This document shows positions 37,430 through 48,849 of a stretch of DNA of 64,000 nt, in pieces; position 1 is the first letter of the stretch; every line of letters begins with the position of its first letter. The stretch covers positions 140,308,001 to 140,372,000 of the forward strand of contig CM059431.1 in the NCBI GenBank assembly GCA_030390025.1, read 5' to 3'. The position numbers were made by a program, and so were the translations under genes. The notes below the pieces were generated by a model, which saw only the letters and a list, made by a program, of their open reading frames with translations, was not told the origin of the DNA and searched no databases. The stretch comes from Squalus acanthias (Eukaryota).

Positions 37430-37868
37430 TTTTGTTATTTATTCGTTCATGGGATATGGGCATCGCTGGCAAAGCCAGCATTTTTGCACATCCCTAATTG
37501 CCCTTGAGAAGGTGGTGGTGAGCCGCCTTATACTACTGAGTGACTTGCTAGACCATTTCAGAGAGCAGTTAAGAGTCAACTACATTGCTGTGAGTCTAGA
37601 GCCACATATAGGCCAGACCAAGTAAGGGCAGCAGATTTCCTTCCCTAAAGGACATTAGTGAACCAGATGGCTTTTTACGACAATCCAGTAGATTCATGGT
37701 CACCAATACGGATACTAGCTTTGTATTCCAGATCATTTTTTTAAATGTAATTAACTGAATTTAAATTCCCCAGCTGCCGTGATGGGATTTGAACTCATGT
37801 TCCATTCCAGATCATTAGTCCAGGCCTCTGGTTTACTCGTCCAGTAGCATAACCACTATGCTACGATA
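37430..37868 (-). mobile_element. tRNA-headed SINE-like element (same family as 2368-2765)
   Basis: The reverse complement reads TAGTGGTTATGCTACTGGACGAGTAA..GAGTTCAAATCCC (A/B-box-like)..GGAAGGAAATCTGCTGCCCTTAC. Confidence 0.7.
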
Positions 37869-38307
37869 CTCAGCATTTTCTGTTTTTATTCAGACTTTCA
37901 ACATCCACAGTATTTTGCTTTTGTATTAGTGTTTAATTTATTGCCACTACTCTTCTAGGAATGCCCAACTTGAAGAAGTTCTGCTCTTCTCTCCGATGGG
38001 ATTTTTGTTTGTCTCTTTTACCTTGTTCATCTTCAATTATTTCTGTTTCCCTTCATGTGTTTGATCAGGTATCTACCAAATCTTGCTTTCACAGCCATAT
38101 TTCTTTCCTCAGCAATTGTCTCCGACTCCGACTTAGTCCACGTCGATTTCAACTAAAATTCCACCCTTCATCTTTTGGATCCACCCAGATATCTCCGAGA
38201 CATTCAGCGTTCCTCGAACCACTGCTGTCGCCGCATCCTGAGATCCACGCTCAATGCCATGCACCGCCACATGCACACTCTCCACCTCTCTCTGCTGCAG
38301 CACCGAC

Positions 38308-39803
38308 ATTGTCCAATCCTCTCTGGCTGCAGGAGTGGTGCCAGACGATTGGAGAACTGCTAACGGTGTACTTTTGTTTAAAAGAGTGGAAGGGATAAAC
38401 CAAGCAATTACAGGCCAGTTAGTTTAATCTCGGTGGTGGGCAAATTACTGTAATCAATTCTGATGGACAGTATAAAACTTCATTTAGAAAGACACAGATT
38501 GATCAAGGACAGTCAGCATAGTTTTGTTGAGGGACATCGTGTCTGACTAACTTGATTGAATGTTTTGAGGAGCTAACAAGGAGGGTCGGTGAGGGCAGTG
38601 CGTTTGATGTAGACTACATGGACTTTAGCAAAGCTTTTGACAAGGTGCCACATGCAGGTTGATCAAAAAAGTAAAGGCCCATGGGATCCAAGGGAGAGTG
38701 GCAAATTGGATCCAACATTGGCTCAGTGGCAGGACGCAAAGGGTAATGGTTGAGGGGAGTTTTTGCGACTCTAAGACTGTTTCCAGTGGGGTTCCACAGG
38801 GCTCAGTACTTGGCCTCTTACTTTTTGTAGTATATATTAATGATTTAGACTTCAATGTATGGGGCATGATAAAGAAATTTGCAGATTATACAAACATTGG
38901 CCGTGTGGTTGACAGTGAGGAGGAAAGCTTTAGTCTGCAGGAAGATATCGATGAACTGGTTAGTTGGGCATAAAAGTGGCAAATGCAATTTAATTCAGAA
39001 AAGTGTGAGGCAATGCATTTGGGGAGGGGCAATAAGGCAAGGGAATACACAATTAATGGGAGGATACTGAGAGGTGTGGAGGAACAGAGGAACCTTGGAG
39101 TGTATGTCCACAGATCATTAAAGAAGCAGGACAGGTCGATAATGTAGTTAAAAAGGCATACGAATGCTTTCCTTTATTAGCCGAGGCATAGAATATAAGA
39201 GCAGGGAAGTTATGCTAGAACTGTATAAAACATTAATTCGGCCACAGCTTGAGTACTGCGTGCAGTTTTCGTCACCACAGTACAGGAAGGATCTGTTTGC
39301 ACTGCAGATGGTGCAGATTTCATTTACGAGGATGTTGACAGGACTGGAAAACTTTAGCGATGAGGAAAGTCTGGTAGGCTGGGGTTATTTTCCTTGCAAC
39401 AGAGGAGGCTGAGGGGAGATTTAATTGAGATGTATATAATTATGAGGGGCCTAGATAGAGTGGATAGGGAGGACCTATTTCCCTTAGGAGGGGGTTCAAG
39501 AACCAGGGGGCATAGATGAAAGTAGTTCGTAGATGGACTAGAGGGGAGATGAGGGAAAAAATGCACCCATTGAATGGTGGGGATCTGGAACTCACTATCC
39601 GAAAGGGTGGTAGAGGCAGAAAACCTCATCACATTTAAAAAGTACTTGGATGTGCACATGAAGAGCCGTAACCTACAGGGCTACGGACCGAGTGCTGGAA
39701 GGTGGGATTAGGGTGGGTAGCTCTTTGAGGGCCGGTGTGGTCACGATGGGCTGAACGGCCTCCTTCGGTGCCGTAAATTTTCTGTGTTACTGTCACTCTA
39801 TGA
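38308..39803 (+). mobile_element. CR1 RT + 3' UTR nested inside the Penelope-like element
   Basis: ORFs 38659-38973 ([13 protein letters not shown]) and 39164-39412. The Penelope sequence resumes after CTATGACT. Confidence 0.88.
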
Positions 39804-42466
39804 CTCACTCTATCTCACAACTGTCCTTGTCCACAATTCCATTTCATCCTTCTCCTCAACCGGCGCTTAAACAAAAACGTTTTTTCTTCCTTTCAGGTGT
39901 CAAGGATCGCAAGCTTCAACAACTCTTGGTCACCAACGCCCCTCCAGAAACTTCTTCTCCTTCACTTTCCTCTGACCCCAAACCTTCTTCCAATCTCATC
40001 CCCTGCTGTGTTTTCACTATCGCCTCTGACCTTCCCCTCTCTCACCCCGAACGATCAGTCCTCAGCAAAGGCCTGAGCTTCATCCCTTACGCCCCCACCT
40101 CAATGAATTTCGAGCTCGTCACGATGCTAAGCTCTTTTTTCGTCGCCTTCATCTCCGTGCTCGCTTCTTTGGCCAGGAGTCTTCCCCCGCACAGCGGACC
40201 CTTTACCCATTTTCAGAATTCTCATTCCAGCTGGATCGCTCCCTCTGGCCTTTTACACTCTCTGGAGCTTTTCATTGCTAACTGCCGGCATGACTTCAGC
40301 AAGCTCAATTTCTCTGCTCCTCTCACTCACTCTAAGCTACCTCCCTCTGAACTTGCAGCACTCCATTCTCTCAGATCCAACCCCAACATTGTCATTAAAC
40401 CTGCTGACAAGGGTGGCGCTGTTGTTGTTTGGTGAACCGACCTCTAACTAGCGGTGGCTGAAAACCAACTCTCCGACACCTCCTCCTACCTCCGCCTGGA
40501 CCATGACCCCACTACCAAACATCAAGCCATTGTTTCCAAGATGGTCACTAACATCATCTCCTCTGGAGATCTTCCCTCCATGGCTGTCCACCTCATAGTC
40601 CCCCAACAACGTACAGCCCGCTTCTACCTCCTTCTCAAGATACAAAGACAGGATTGCTTTGGTAGACCCATCATTTCAGCCTGTTCTTGCCCCACAGAAC
40701 ATATCTCTTCCTATCTCGACACAATATTTTCTCCCCTTGTCCAGTCTCTTCCCACCTACATCCCTGACTCTTCCGACGCCCTCCGCCACTTTAACAGTTT
40801 CCAGTTCACTTGCACCAAACGTCTCCTTTTCACTATGGACGTCCAATCCCTCAACACCTCCATCCCGCACCAGGATGGCCTGAAGGCGCTCCGCTTCCTC
40901 CTTGAATAGAGGCCCAACCAGCCCCCATCCACCACCACCCTCCTCCGCCTAGCTGAACTTGTTCTCACATTAAACAACTTCTCCTTTCACTCCGCTCACT
41001 TCCTCCAAATTAATGGTGTTCCTATGGGAACCCGCATGGGCCCTAGCTATGCCTGCCCTTTCGTGGGATTTTTGGAACATTCTTTGTTCCAGTCCTACTC
41101 AGATCCCCTCCCTCACCTCTTTTTCCGGTACATTGATGACTGCATCGGTGCCGATTCCTACTCTCACCCTGTACTAAAAAAATTCACCACTTTGCTTCCA
41201 ATTTCCACCCTTCCCTCACCTTCACATGGTCCATTTCCGACTATTCCCTTCCCTTCCTCGACTTCTCTGACTCTATTTCTGGGGATAGCCTATTGGCAAA
41301 CATTCTCTATAAGCCCACTGACTGCTACAGCTACCTGGACTACAATTATTGCCAGCCCGCTTCCTGGAAGGACTCTATCGCATTCTCCCAGTTTCTCCAT
41401 CTACGCCACATCTGCTCTGACGATGCCACCTTCCATACTAGTGCTTCCGACATGTCTTCCTTTTTCCTCAACCTTGGATTCCCCTCTACCGTGGTTGACA
41501 ATGCCGTTGACCGTGTCCGTTCTATTTCCTTCACTTCTGATCTCACCCCTTCCCCTCCCTCCCAGGACCACGATAAGGTTCCCCTTGTCCTCACATTTCA
41601 CCCCACCAACCTTCACATTGAACGGATCATCCTCCACCGTTTCCACCACCTCCAGCGTGATCCCACCACGAAACACATCATCCCCTCCCCTCCCCTTTCA
41701 GTATTTCGAAGGGACCGCTCTCTCCGCGACACCCTGGTACACTCCTCTATCACACCAATACCCCTTCCCCTTCCCACAGCACCTTCCCGTGCAAGCGCAG
41801 GAGATGCAACACCTGCCCTTTTAACTCCTCCCTTCCCACTGTTCAGGGCCCAAACACTCCTTCCAGGAGAAACAGCGATTTACTTTTACTTCTTGCAATT
41901 TAGTATCCTGTATTCGCTGCTCACGATGCCGTCTCCTCTACATTGGGAGACCAAACGTTGATTGGATGAACACTTTGCGGAACACCTCTGTTCAGTCCGT
42001 AAGTTTGACCCCGAGCTTCTGGTCGCCGGTCACTGTAATTCTCCGCACCACTCCCACTCTGATCTCTCCGTCCGCGACCTCTTACACTGTTCCAACGAAG
42101 CTCGACGTAAGCTCGAGGAACAGCACCTCATCTTTCGATGGGGCACGTTAAGCCTTCTGGAATCCACATCGAGTTCAACAATTTCAGATTTTAACCTAGG
42201 CCACTTTTTTTTTAATTCCTTGCCTTATTTTAATCTCTCACGTGGCAGCTGTTGATGATTTGCCATTTACACCTCATCTAGAGTCAGCTTTTGTTTCTTA
42301 ATTTGTCCCATTACTATCTGCATTTGCCTTGCACCATCTCCCCTTTTGTCTTTTAATCTCTCCTCCCTTCCATCCTATCACAGACATTCCCTTTTATGCG
42401 TTCCCCTCCTCCCCCTTTCCCTGCCTCTCTACTTGCCTAAAACCTGTTACATATCTAAACTTTTCA

Positions 42467-42503
42467 AGTTCTGATGAAGTGTCATCGACCTGAAACGTTA
42501 CCT
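42467..42503 (+). ncRNA. Degenerate hammerhead-ribozyme motif in the Penelope 3' pLTR
   Basis: AGTT-CTGATGA-AGTGTCATCGACCT-GAAA-CGTT-ACCT. The core is intact, the stems carry mismatches, and palindromic AACGTT is present. Confidence 0.55.
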
Positions 42504-42591
42504 CTGTTTCTCTCTCTGCAGATGCTGCCTGACCTGCTGAACATTTCCAGCATTTTCTGCTTTTATTTTATTTTTCTCTTTGTTTTCACAG

Positions 42592-42758
42592 ATCCGAACT
42601 CTGCAATCACTGAATTCTTGACAGAGAGCAACGATTACCAGCTGTTCCAGCTGACGAAATTCTACCGGGACAGACTGGAACAGGCGATTGAAGGAGGGGT
42701 GGACGGACTCAGCTCTTTGTTAACATACGAGAGGCTTTTCAGTGGGCAAGAACATCGG
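42592..42758 (+). CDS. NLR gene exon: N-terminal half of a CARD-like death-fold domain
   Basis: Acceptor TTTGTTTTCACAG|, donor CGG|GTGAGT (phase 1 to 0). Encodes DPNSAITEFLTESNDYQLFQLTKFYRDRLEQAIEGGVDGLSSLLTYERLFSGQEHR. Confidence 0.88.
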
Positions 42759-43489
42759 GTGAGTGGGAGGGACACAGAATGAGTTTGGTTTATTTAAACA
42801 TCACAGAACTGACAGGATGTCAGATCTTAGAATCACAGAATGTCACAAAACAGATAAAGGCCAAATAAGAAAGAAATGGATAAAACTGAAAATATTGTGA
42901 ATCTGAAACAACACAAAAAGACGAAAATACCCATCGGATCCGTCAGTCTGTGTACAAGGAAAGGACAGGCTAACGGGTATGATATAACTCCTCATGGACT
43001 GAAATCAAAGGGAACCAAGAATTTTAGTCGCACTGGGAAAAAGAGAGAGGAGAAACAACAGACAGGAGTTGGAGGGAAGTTCATGAGTTTACTGACCTAC
43101 AAACTACTTAAAGTAAATCGAGGAACTGTGAGATGACAACAAAATCTGCGCGGTAAATGAGAGATATTTAAGAAAATGCTAAACTGGTGAACATTTATTT
43201 GACCCAAAATGCAGAAACAACCGAAAACACCTGTAGGGAGTGTTGGGTCAAGCGAATAGATTAATCCAAATTCTATTGATTCAGATACCGGAGATAAATC
43301 AACTTCTTAGTTGTATTAATATCCTCAAGATGTTCCAGCAAATTATAGGTCAATACTTACTAGGGGGATATCCTTCGAGTCTATGAATACGAAACAATCC
43401 AGGCGAGTTCTCAGCACGGGATATCAAATAATTACTGAAAGTGACTCTATTTATTCACCTAGATTAGGGGAGTCAAACAGACCGGAATA

Positions 43490-45800
43490 GTTGCTCATCC
43501 CTGGTAATATTCTTGTAAATCTCCTCTGCACCCTATCCAAACCTGGACATACTTCCTAATGTGTGGTCCACAGAATTAGACACCATACTGAGTCCTAACC
43601 AATGTTTTATCAATGTTTAGCATAACTTCCTTCCATGTGTATGTCTCTATTAATAAAGCCAAAAAATCCCGTATGATTTTTTAACAGCTTTCTCAACTTG
43701 TTCTGCCACCTTCAAGATCTCTGTCCGTAAACCTCCAGGTCTCCCTGTTCCGGAATCCCCTTTAAAATGTTAACATTTAATTTATTTTTCCTTTCCTTAT
43801 GCTTCCTTCCAAATTGTGTCACATCACACTTCTCTGAATTAAATTTAATCTGCCATGTGTCTGCCTATGCCCTCCTGAAGTTTGCTACTATCCTTCTCAC
43901 TGTTTACTACCTTCCGAGATTCGTATCATCAGCAAGCATTGAAATTATGCCTCGTACACCGAAATACAGTTTATTAATATAGATTGAAAACAGCAGTGGT
44001 CCTAATACCGACACCTGCTGAACTCCACTGCTCAGTTCATTCCCGTGCGAAAAACAACTATTCGCCTCTACTGCCTGCCATCTGGCCTTCAGCCATTTTG
44101 CTACAATGATGCCACGATCAATTTAACCCTGAGGGCTTCAATTTTGCAAACAAGTCTATTATGTGGCTTTTGATCAAACGCCTTTTGAAAGTCCACATAC
44201 ACAACATCAACCGCACTATTGCTATCAACATTCCCAGTTACTTCATTGAAGAAATCAGTCAAGTTTGTTAGACACGATTTGCCTTTATCATATCCGTGGT
44301 GCCTGTAATTTATTAACCCATAATTTTCCAAGTAAAATTTTTGTCTTGGATTGTTAACTCTATAAGTTTCCCTACCACTGACATTAGGCTGACTGGCCTG
44401 TAGTTGCCGGGTTTATTCCTCTCCCCTTTTTTTAAAGAGGGGTGAGACATTTGCAAGCCTCCAGTTCTCTGGCATCGCTCACGTGTCTAAGGAAGATTGA
44501 AAGATTGGGCCTAGAGTGTCCGCTATCTCCAACTTTACTACCCTTAGCAACCAAGGATGCATCCCATCCGGTCTGCGTGACTTTTCTACTTTGAATGCTA
44601 CCACCATTTTAATTACCTCCACTTTACCTATTTTCATCCTATCACATTTCTCTACTGCCTCCTCCTTTACTGTGACATTGACCGCTTCCTCTTCTTTTGT
44701 GAAGGCAGTTATAAAGTATTAATTTAGTGCCTCAGCCATGCCCTCTGCCTCCACAAGAAGATCTAATTTTTAGTCCTTAACCGATTCTCCCTTCCTTTGA
44801 TCATTCTTTTACTATTTATAGATTTATAAATGACTGGACTGTTCCTGTTTATGTAACCCGATGATATTTTCACATCTATTCTCTTTGCCCCTCTTATTTC
44901 CCGTTTCAGTTCTCCTCTGCAATTCTATATTATTCTTGATTCATTATTGTATAGTGAATCTGAAATTGATCATAACCCTCATTTTCTGTTTAATTTTAAT
45001 CTGTATATCTTTACTCATCCCGGGATCTCTAGCTTTGGATGCCCTTCCATTCCTTCCTCATAGGAACGTGCCTGGTCTGTACCTGAGCTATCTCCTCTTC
45101 GAAGTCCTCCCATTACTCATTTACTGCTTTATATGCCAATCTCTGTTTCCAATCCAACTGATCCCTTTACAGCTCACTGAAGTAAGCCCTCTTTCAGTTG
45201 AGCATCTGCACCTTAGATTGTTCATTGTCCCTTTCCATTCCTACTCGAAACCTAATGATATTATGATCGCTGTTCCCCAAATGCACTCCCACTGAAACAC
45301 GCTCCATTTTCATCATTTCATTTCCCAGAAGTAGATCCGGCAATTTTTCCTCCTCGTTGAGCTGGAAAGGAACTAATCAAGAAAGATTTCCTGCAAACAT
45401 TTCAGGAATTCCTCCCCTTCCTTGGCCATTACACATTTCCCACCAGTCTACTGTCACTCCTCCACCCCACCCGCTATTTTCTCTTCCTATTCTCCCTGAA
45501 CACATTGTTAAGTTTTCATTCCTGCTCTTGGTTGAGACAGGTCTTCGTTATTGCCATTATTTCGTAACCCAAGTGGCAACGTGTGCCTGCAGCTCACCAA
45601 CTTTATTGATCACGCTCCGTGCATTTATGCACATGAACTCCAAACCCGCCTAAGTTTGGTTTGCAGTTCACCCACGTCTGATCCGTCATTCTTCTGGACT
45701 TTTACTTATTCTAATGCCGTTTGTCCCTCTCAATTCTATAGAAAGCTTGGTTATCCTCTCTGATGCTTCCTCCTGGTTCCCCTCCCCATACCGCATTAGC
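43490..45800 (-). mobile_element. Old CR1 element (ORF2 with internal deletions)
   Basis: ORF 44101-44331 ([20 protein letters not shown]). Degenerate endonuclease remnants at 45200-45650. Confidence 0.8.
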
Positions 45801-47138
45801 TTAAGCCCAATCCTACATGGAAATGTTACCTAATCGTTGCATAGACCATTGCTGAGGTCACAACCGGATTGCCAGGTATTGGCCCCCTAACATCAGAATG
45901 CACCAATATAACAGAGTGGGTTCAGAGCAGGGCAGCACAGATAATACCAGGACCGAGGGCCCTTGGTTATAAAACAGAGTCACAGAGCTGAATTTATTAC
46001 GTTACAGAAAAAAAATCGGGGCCAATGTGTAGCAAACCGTCCATCAACAACATTAATAACGTGTCCACATATATCACAATAAATGGGTGCCAAGTTTTTT
46101 CGAAATGAGGGTTATTGAAATAAAAATAGAATGAAACAAATCAAATACTGAAGGAAACACAATGTTGCTACATCAGAAGATATAAGTAGAAATAATCTAA
46201 CCACATTAATTAGTGGAGATGTCAATGCACTTCCGTTGACAGCATTTGATGGAGTCAGACAGCTGTGTTCAAATTAATGCGAGGTGATTGAGGTGTGGAG
46301 ATTAAATACATGAAGTACAGCCCCTGGAGGGATGGGTGTACATGATCTTATCAGGAGCAGGCCTGCTAGGTAAAATGGCCTCACATATTCCCGTGCAAAA
46401 GCGATTTATCCCACCGCTTCTGTACATCCCGGCACGAATTATTGAAATTTCATGGACCTCAGAGTATCGGCACTTTCTGAGAAAGGGTAAAATTCTTGTC
46501 TGCGAATATTTAGAACCTGTTTCGCAATATTCTGCTGAACAGCGTCATTGACCCATTGAAAACAGACTGGAGAAGTTACTGTCAAAAGATTAATCAATCG
46601 GTAACTAATATTCACTTCAATTAAATTAATTACCGTGGTCATGCTGTTGAACGGAATCAAAAGTATCGAATTCAATAAACTTGGTGAATATGGGGTGATA
46701 TTGATCTTCGCCAATATTGTGAAACCGGCTCAGAGCGAATCAGCGCCCATTTTACACCGGGCGGATTTTCCTTTCCGTTGATGAGCCAGTGTCAGGGTGA
46801 ACTCAGCAGCAACAAGAAAAGTATCTGTGTTCAAATTGCTGAGGTTGGTCGGTGATTCTACACTTTGTTCCGAATTTAGTTATAGATTTTTAAAATAAAA
46901 CAGCGCAGAGTTGTGCCAGAGACAGGTGTGGAATGGGGAGTATTGTGACAGTGCACGGGACCGAAAGCAGGCAGGCTCTGTTACCAGCGGGAAACCAATA
47001 TCACCTAGTTTTCCTCTTCATGCTCCAACCAGGCTGTCCTCTCGTCCAAGCGCAATCAGAGGAGAATCTGCTCCAGTTCAGATTCACTGCAGTCCCTTCA
47101 TTCCCGCTCATCAATATATTCATTAATATTCTTTACAG

Positions 47139-47310
47139 AAAGTCACTGAGCTGTTGGAGAAGGGAAACCGGGCGGACAGTTCCAAACTTCTCCTAAATCT
47201 GGTGATGGAGGAAGGCTCTGGGGCCCGAAGGGTGATGTGGGAATCCTTTGTGAAAATGCGCCATGGGGTGCCAAAGTTGGACAAACTACTGAAAGAAATA
47301 GAGGAACTTG
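47139..47310 (+). CDS. NLR gene exon: C-terminal half of the CARD-like domain
   Basis: Acceptor TTCTTTACAG|, donor TTG|GTACGG (phase 0 to 1, 172 nt). Encodes KVTELLEKGNRADSSKLLLNLVMEEGSGARRVMWESFVKMRHGVPKLDKLLKEIEEL. Confidence 0.88.
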
Positions 47311-47414
47311 GTACGGTAAAAGCTCTCACTGAATTCAATTTCACATCTAAAATTACATATTTGACTAAAGTAGTGCACAGATTTGCTTTCATGAAAACTA
47401 ATTTATTTAAACAG

Positions 47415-47480
47415 GTTTCTTTCGATTTAATGACATGAAAGCCACAGAATGTTTATCCGAAGTTCCCAGTCAGCTGAAAG
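47415..47480 (+). CDS. NLR gene 66-nt linker exon, GFFRFNDMKATECLSEVPSQLK
   Basis: Acceptor TTTAAACAG|, donor AAAG|GTAGGT, phase 1/1. Joins 63401 as G|AT=Asp. Confidence 0.8.
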
Positions 47481-47918
47481 GTAGGTGATGGGGTGAAGAT
47501 TTCGAACAGATTATTTCGGTTCTGATTATCAGACGCTTTAACTCTGACCATTGGTTTAGAGATTTCCAAAATCTGGGGGTGAAAAGTTCAAGAGCTGGGC
47601 AAACAGAATTCAACTTCATTTTCACTTGTCACTGATACTGAAATGTGTCATTGAAATGTGTGGGATGAATTTACAATTCACACCAGACTTGGGATTATCT
47701 GTAAACTTCCAGTTGTTGTCATTACTCCAGTAATTTATCCAGCTGTTCATGTGAGTGGCCTTTGCTGCCAGTGCACGTCACAGACCGGGATAAAACATCA
47801 AACTCCCAGTGGTCATTCGGTATAATAAAGCGATTAATCAGCAGAGAAAATGAATTTATTCGGGCTTCTCTGGATGACTCAATGGATGATGTACCAGTGA
47901 GTGTAGCGCTTAGCCATT

Positions 47919-48824
47919 GGTATAGATATTCGGTCGCGCACTGCCCGTTTTTCTGCTGCTTATCGGCCTCCTGCGGCCGACATGGTTGACAGGAAGTGTA
48001 CGCACATTTCCAGCCTGAAGTGCGGATCGGGCTCCGCTTTGATGTCGGGAGTGCACGTCAGCTAATTTCAGAGAGTATATGTTATTTAAATGAGGGGCCT
48101 GCGCTTCTAGTGGATCTTTTCCCGCTTTTGGAACGCCGCATCATCTCACACCACTTGCTGAACCCGCCCAGCAACAACTTTCGCAAACCGGCAGGAAGGA
48201 GCCCACACCAGCGCTATTGAAAGGAATCATGAAGTACTTACAGTGATGTGGATGTGATGAGTGACACAGCAGGATGAGGTTGAGTGTGGTGTTGCAGTAA
48301 CATTTCGTGATCTACTGAGATCATTGAAAGATTTGCGCCACTGCAGCCTGGTTCTGCTGATGACCTCCCTGTCTGTGTCCTCCTGTGCAATGTGCAACCA
48401 GGCTGCATTGGTCTCCTGGGGAGATGTCTTCCGCCAATTGGAAGTGAAGAGAACCTCCCTGCGTGCTGTGACTTCCACCATAAGCATATGGAGGGAATTA
48501 TCGGAGAGCCTGGGTGCAGCGGTGCACCTCTGTGCAGAGGTTGTCAGTGTTTGCAGCACATCAATGCTGAAGAACACTTACAGCACAACTGCCAAAATCA
48601 ATTTGGACATGACCCCTTAAAAGAAACCGGCAGATGACACATCACCAATTGACGTCATCAGACCTGCTTCCGTTTAATTGGCCAGGAACTTCGTAGGGCG
48701 GGACTTAACAAGCCCTATCAACGGAAAATTCTTCTCACACTGCGGGATGGAGCAGGCAACGGGGTCGCCGTCCGGCACCAAGCTCGGTCGCACGTAGCCC
48801 GCCTCGGGAGGGGAAATCGCGGCC
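47919..48824 (-). mobile_element. Harbinger-type DNA transposon remnant encoding a Myb/SANT-like (NAIF1-like) domain
   Basis: ORF 48227-48577 APRLSDNSLHMLMVEV..RREVLF..W..IA..RT..QWRKSFNDL fits the Harbinger DNA-binding protein pattern. The ends are GC-rich and weakly inverted. Confidence 0.75.
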
Positions 48825-48849
48825 TTTCTGTCTGTATTGTGTGCTCGTT

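Larger units (their letters stand above)
37871..42568 (+). mobile_element. Near-full-length Penelope-like element (RT + GIY-YIG), decayed, interrupted by CR1
   Basis: Motifs IVIKPADKGGAVVVW, GRPIISAC, FTMDVQSL, MGTRMGPSYA, FFRYIDDC, and a frameshifted CIRCSRC..LYIG.TKR (GIY-YIG, ~41908-41958). The pLTR sequence CAGCATTTTCTG(T/C)TTTTATT occurs at both ends. Confidence 0.9.

Noticed and set aside
44861..45295. Very hydrophobic 144-aa + strand ORF as a membrane-protein exon
   Set aside because: It is the antisense of an A-rich CR1 ORF2 segment, and the hydrophobicity comes from T-rich codons.
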